A DNA stretch of 34,151 bases from Minisyncoccota bacterium (lineage in GTDB: Bacteria > Patescibacteriota > Minisyncoccia > Minisyncoccales > Minisyncoccaceae), in contig JAQUOQ010000001.1 of the NCBI GenBank assembly GCA_028717005.1, forward strand, positions 1 to 34,151, written 5' to 3'. The translations under genes were made by a program, and so were the position numbers. Positions 31,030 through 34,151 of this stretch are shown piece after piece (positions within the stretch are counted from its first letter, which is position 1; every line of letters starts with the position of its first letter). The notes under the pieces were generated by a model. It saw only the letters and a list, made by a program, of their open reading frames with translations. It searched no databases and was not told where the DNA came from.

Positions 31030-31542
31030 TTATTTTATCCACCCGAGAAAAACTAAATTGCCGTAAAAATTATTCCCGATTGCGTGGATATTAAGTTTTT
31101 TATTTAATCCGTGGCCGACTATAAAAAGCGAATTGCGGTCGATTTGGTAATTATTAAAAAATAATCCAGGGCTGTTCTCTCCGTTAATGATTTCGTAGCC
31201 GTCCGGAGACTTTTGCGAATCATATAAACTCAGCATTTGCGCCTGTTCGAATGTTATTTCTGTTTCCTTATCTTCTTTAGTGTCATAAACAAAAAATCTC
31301 GCGGGTAGCGTGGATGTGCCGCCGGAAGGGACAGGCTTTGGGGGCACGTTAAGGTCCTGATAAACAATCTTGCCGTTCCGGACTATGTAAGACTGGTAGT
31401 AATCGTAAGATTCTATGTAAACAAAACTGTATTGAGGATGATTGGTGTACCTGGGAATATAAATTAAAGCGATAATCACTGCGATGGTCAGTATCGGCAA
31501 AACTAATCCCAAAATCAATGTTATGTTTTCTTTTATTCTCAT
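31030..31542 (-). CDS. Hypothetical protein with a single N-terminal TM anchor
   Basis: 170 aa with the anchor ITLILGLVLPILTIAVIIALIYI. It ends 1 nt before the start of the downstream 329-aa membrane-protein ORF. Confidence 0.55.
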   Translation of the reverse strand: MRIKENITLILGLVLPILTIAVIIALIYIPRYTNHPQYSFVYIESYDYYQSYIVRNGKIVYQDLNVPPKPVPSGGTSTLPARFFVYDTKEDKETEITFEQAQMLSLYDSQKSPDGYEIINGENSPGLFFNNYQIDRNSLFIVGHGLNKKLNIHAIGNNFYGNLVFLGWIK

Positions 31543-31572
31543 ATTTTATTATAATTATTTTTTTAAATAAAA

Positions 31573-32283
31573 TCAGCTCACCAGAGTGCCGAAACTTTCT
31601 CCCCGCAAGGCTTTCCCGATATTCAAAATATCTTTGACGTTAAAAACGATTATCGGCTTTTTGTTTTCGCGGCAAAGCACGAAAGCGGTGCCGTCCATCA
31701 CTTTCAGCTTTTTATCGATCGCTTCTTCGTATGATAGCTGTTTATAAAGTTTCGCATCCGCATTCTCATCCGGGTCTTTATCATAAACTCCGTCAACATT
31801 TGTTGCTTTCATTATTAAATCGCAATCCAGCTCGCAAGCCCTTAATGCCGCCGCGCTGTCCGTGGTAAAAAACGGGTTGCCGGTGCCTCCCGCGAAAATA
31901 AGCACCTTGCCCTCCGCTAAATATTCTGCGGCCTTTGCCTTATTAAACATTTCTATATTTCCGATTTTTATCGCGGCCATCATTTTCGCCGGACAACCGG
32001 CGTTATTCAGCGCTTCTTCCAAACCTAAGCCGTTAATTGTTGTGGCAACCATTCCCATATTATCGCCGACAACCCGGTCAAAATTTTCTTCGCCAATTTC
32101 ACGGCCGCGAAAAATATTGCCGCCGCCGATTACAATGCTCAATTCTATATTATTTTCCGTTTTTATCTTTACTATCTTTTCGGCAAGTTCGCGGTACGCG
32201 GAAACAGACACGCCCCTGCTGTTCTCTTTTAAAAAGATTTCTCCGCCGATTTTTAATAATATTTTTTTATATTTTTGTTGCAT
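31573..32283 (-). CDS. pyrH: UMP kinase
   Basis: 236 aa with the motifs ILLKIGGE, IVIGGGNIFRG and VLIFAGGTGNPFFTTDSAAALRA. Confidence 0.92.
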   Translation of the reverse strand: MQQKYKKILLKIGGEIFLKENSRGVSVSAYRELAEKIVKIKTENNIELSIVIGGGNIFRGREIGEENFDRVVGDNMGMVATTINGLGLEEALNNAGCPAKMMAAIKIGNIEMFNKAKAAEYLAEGKVLIFAGGTGNPFFTTDSAAALRACELDCDLIMKATNVDGVYDKDPDENADAKLYKQLSYEEAIDKKLKVMDGTAFVLCRENKKPIIVFNVKDILNIGKALRGESFGTLVS

Positions 32284-32333
32284 CTTTTTTAGATTTTACC
32301 ATTTTTAAGCTAATGTGGCGAGTCTCACAAAGA

Positions 32334-33341
32334 TTATTTATTCTTCGCAGCCAGCTGCCCGCAAGCCGCTTTGATGCTCCTCCCAAACTCATACCGCTGG
32401 GTCGTAAATATTCCCCGCCTTTCCAGATATGTTTTGAAAAGTTTTATCGTTTTATTATCCGTGGCTTTAAATTGCCCGGTCGGATTATAAGCTATCAGAT
32501 TTACCATATACAAAGGCTTGTCCATTATTTTCGACAATTGTTCGGCATTTTCCATGGTATCATTAACGCCTTTTATCATCAGATATTCAAACATCACCTT
32601 CCGCGAAGTTTTAGCGATGTAATCGTCAACTGCTTTTAAAATTTTCTTCAAAGGATATTTTTTCGCGACCGGCATAATCTCCTGCCTCAATTCGTCCGTT
32701 GGCGCGTGCAAAGAAATAGACAAATTAACCTGCAGCTTTTCGTCCGCCATTTTTTTTATGCCTTCCGTTATTCCGGAAGTAGAAACCGATATTTTGCGGG
32801 CGCCGATATTAAAAGAATCTTTATCGTTGATTAAGCCGATTGCCCGCCACACGTTTTCGTAGTTTAAAAACGGCTCCCCCATTCCCATAAAAACCACGTT
32901 TGTTACCGTCCGCGCCGGTTTGTAGTTATTTTTTAAATAGCGGCAAAAAAGCAAAACCTGTTCTGCGATTTCCCCATCCGTAAGGCTCCTTTTAAAACCC
33001 ATTTGTCCGGTGGCGCAGAATACGCAGCCAAGCGGGCAGCCGATTTGCGAGGAAACGCAAACAGTGGAGCGCCGGCCTGTATGGAGCATTAAAACAGTTT
33101 CTATTTTGTTGTCGTCTTCAAGCTCTATCAAAGCTTTGATGGTGTCGCCGCTCGGATCTTTAAATAATTTATGGTTTATTTTCAACGGACAGTTCTTTTT
33201 CAATTTTTTTCGCATATCCAAAGACAAATTGGTGGCACTGTCCCAATCCTCAATCAATTCATGAAAAACCGCTCTTTTCGCCTGCTTAAGCCGGAAGGGC
33301 GGTTCTTTGGCTAATATTTTTTCCAGTTTTTCCAATATCAT
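32334..33341 (-). CDS. rlmN: Radical SAM 23S rRNA/tRNA adenine-C2 methyltransferase (RlmN/Cfr family)
   Basis: 335 aa with CVSSQIGCPLGCVFCATG (CxxxCxxC), GMGEPFLNY and a C-terminal catalytic Cys in IKAACGQL. Confidence 0.9.
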   Translation of the reverse strand: MILEKLEKILAKEPPFRLKQAKRAVFHELIEDWDSATNLSLDMRKKLKKNCPLKINHKLFKDPSGDTIKALIELEDDNKIETVLMLHTGRRSTVCVSSQIGCPLGCVFCATGQMGFKRSLTDGEIAEQVLLFCRYLKNNYKPARTVTNVVFMGMGEPFLNYENVWRAIGLINDKDSFNIGARKISVSTSGITEGIKKMADEKLQVNLSISLHAPTDELRQEIMPVAKKYPLKKILKAVDDYIAKTSRKVMFEYLMIKGVNDTMENAEQLSKIMDKPLYMVNLIAYNPTGQFKATDNKTIKLFKTYLERRGIFTTQRYEFGRSIKAACGQLAAKNK

Positions 33342-34150
33342 TGTTCTTCGGAATCATTGCTAAGCATAGTGTTTTCACTAGCCTCGCCCTTTATTTTCTC
33401 CACGATACCGGTTAATTTTTTCGTCCGGGTTACGGAAACTTTATCGAACTGGTCTGACGCCGATTTCAATCGGCTTCCTAAAACATCAACCTCCAGGTTA
33501 TATTTCTCGTATTCCTGCTCAAACATTTTTATAAGCTTTATTATTTCGTAAAGATTTTCCTGGTATTTAAAATTCCTATACGATTGGTAAATCATCCTTA
33601 ATATCGCGATAAAACTGAACGGACCGGCAAGGATTACTTTTTTAGCCATAGCCTCGTTCCACACCTCGGGCAGATTTTCGTAAATAAAACTGAATATCAT
33701 TTCGTTCGGAACGAACAAAATGACAAAATCAACCGTTTTCTCTTCAGGATTGATATAATCGCGGGTGCAAACTTCTTTTATCTTTTGTTTAATGTCCTGG
33801 GCGAAATCTTTAAGATGTTTTTCCTTGTTCGCCTTATCTTCGGACTCGATATATTTTATCAATGATTGGTAGGGAAATTTCACATCAATATTAACTTTTG
33901 TCTTGTCGGGCAGGAAAACGGTGAAATCAGGCCTGGTCGCGGCATTTTCCTGGGCAGTATTGCTTATGTAATTTTCGCCTTCCACAAACCCCACGCTTTT
34001 TAATAAATTATCGGCTATCTCCTCGCCAAACGCGCCTCTCATCGGGTTGTTTGATAAAATATTTTTCAGGTTTTCCGTAGACTGCTTTAACTCGCCGGTA
34101 ATATTTTTATGCTCTTCCAAAACGGTTTTTAGCGCGTTAAACTCGCCCAC
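33338..34150 (-). CDS. rmuC: DNA recombination protein RmuC (N-terminus lies beyond the right window edge)
   Basis: The ORF is open at the window end. RGAFGEEIADNLL, PDFTVFLPDKTKVNIDVKFP and DFVILFVPNEMIF are typical of the RmuC nuclease-like C-terminal region. It has a 4-nt overlap with the rlmN start. Confidence 0.8.
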   Translation of the reverse strand: MGEFNALKTVLEEHKNITGELKQSTENLKNILSNNPMRGAFGEEIADNLLKSVGFVEGENYISNTAQENAATRPDFTVFLPDKTKVNIDVKFPYQSLIKYIESEDKANKEKHLKDFAQDIKQKIKEVCTRDYINPEEKTVDFVILFVPNEMIFSFIYENLPEVWNEAMAKKVILAGPFSFIAILRMIYQSYRNFKYQENLYEIIKLIKMFEQEYEKYNLEVDVLGSRLKSASDQFDKVSVTRTKKLTGIVEKIKGEASENTMLSNDSEEQ

Positions 34151-34151
34151 C

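Noticed and set aside
1473-33551. The many 60-230-aa ORFs on the strand opposite the large genes (for example 1473-2021, 4213-4593, 12522-13088, 13629-14234, 25937-26485, 28253-28939, 32037-32639).
   Set aside because: All lie entirely or mostly inside strong, motif-supported genes on the other strand. They have low-complexity or Arg/Ser/Phe-rich translations and lack SD sequences, so they are antisense shadow ORFs.
1413-34150. An alternative genetic code (UGA recoding, as in some candidate phyla).
   Set aside because: gatA ends with an in-frame TGA (1413-1415) at the expected protein length. Long conserved proteins translate without internal TGA under the standard code.

Overview
This window is a tightly packed, mostly minus-strand housekeeping stretch from a bacterium using the standard genetic code (TGA is used as a stop). 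The gene content and the many small orphan membrane proteins look like an uncultured, reduced-genome lineage such as Patescibacteria/CPR, but that is only an impression.

Gene content from left to right:
- Left edge: three minus-strand tRNAs (Asp-GTC, a canonical CAT tRNA, and a non-canonical CAT tRNA-like gene). They sit inside two unrelated repeat structures, and both repeats start inside a tRNA 3' end and share an exact 148-nt register.
- gatC-gatA, gltX, then a split cell-wall (dcw) cluster: murG, ftsW, murD, mraY and a PBP5-type carboxypeptidase, with murC further on.
- Between mraY and murD there is a PP-loop ATPase and a two-gene insert (Ser-Asp-His alpha/beta hydrolase plus an orphan ORF). 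Each insert gene has a perfect TTGACA-N17-TATAAT promoter and a GGAG-type ribosome-binding site (SD).
- An AT-rich four-gene signalling block: methyltransferase, 7TM histidine kinase, receiver-only (REC) response regulator, and a kinase-less 7TM paralogue.
- thpR, a PHP phosphoesterase and a HAD hydrolase.
- An inositol head-group module (ino1, a PadR-like gene, a CDP-alcohol phosphatidyltransferase), a divergent second PadR gene and a palindromic operator candidate.
- efp, a ferredoxin-thioredoxin-reductase (FTR)-like protein with a thioredoxin, an HNH-like zinc-ribbon protein, xseB/xseA, a Cas4-like nuclease, two membrane proteins, pyrH, rlmN and a truncated rmuC.

A family of intergenic hairpins (ATGTTTGG...CCAAACAT, with a covarying interior) recurs at five or more gene boundaries.

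I saw no rRNA, CRISPR array, integrase or transposase. Most plus-strand ORFs in the supplied track are antisense shadows of the minus-strand genes.

All family assignments come from motifs I can read in the translations. No database search was run.
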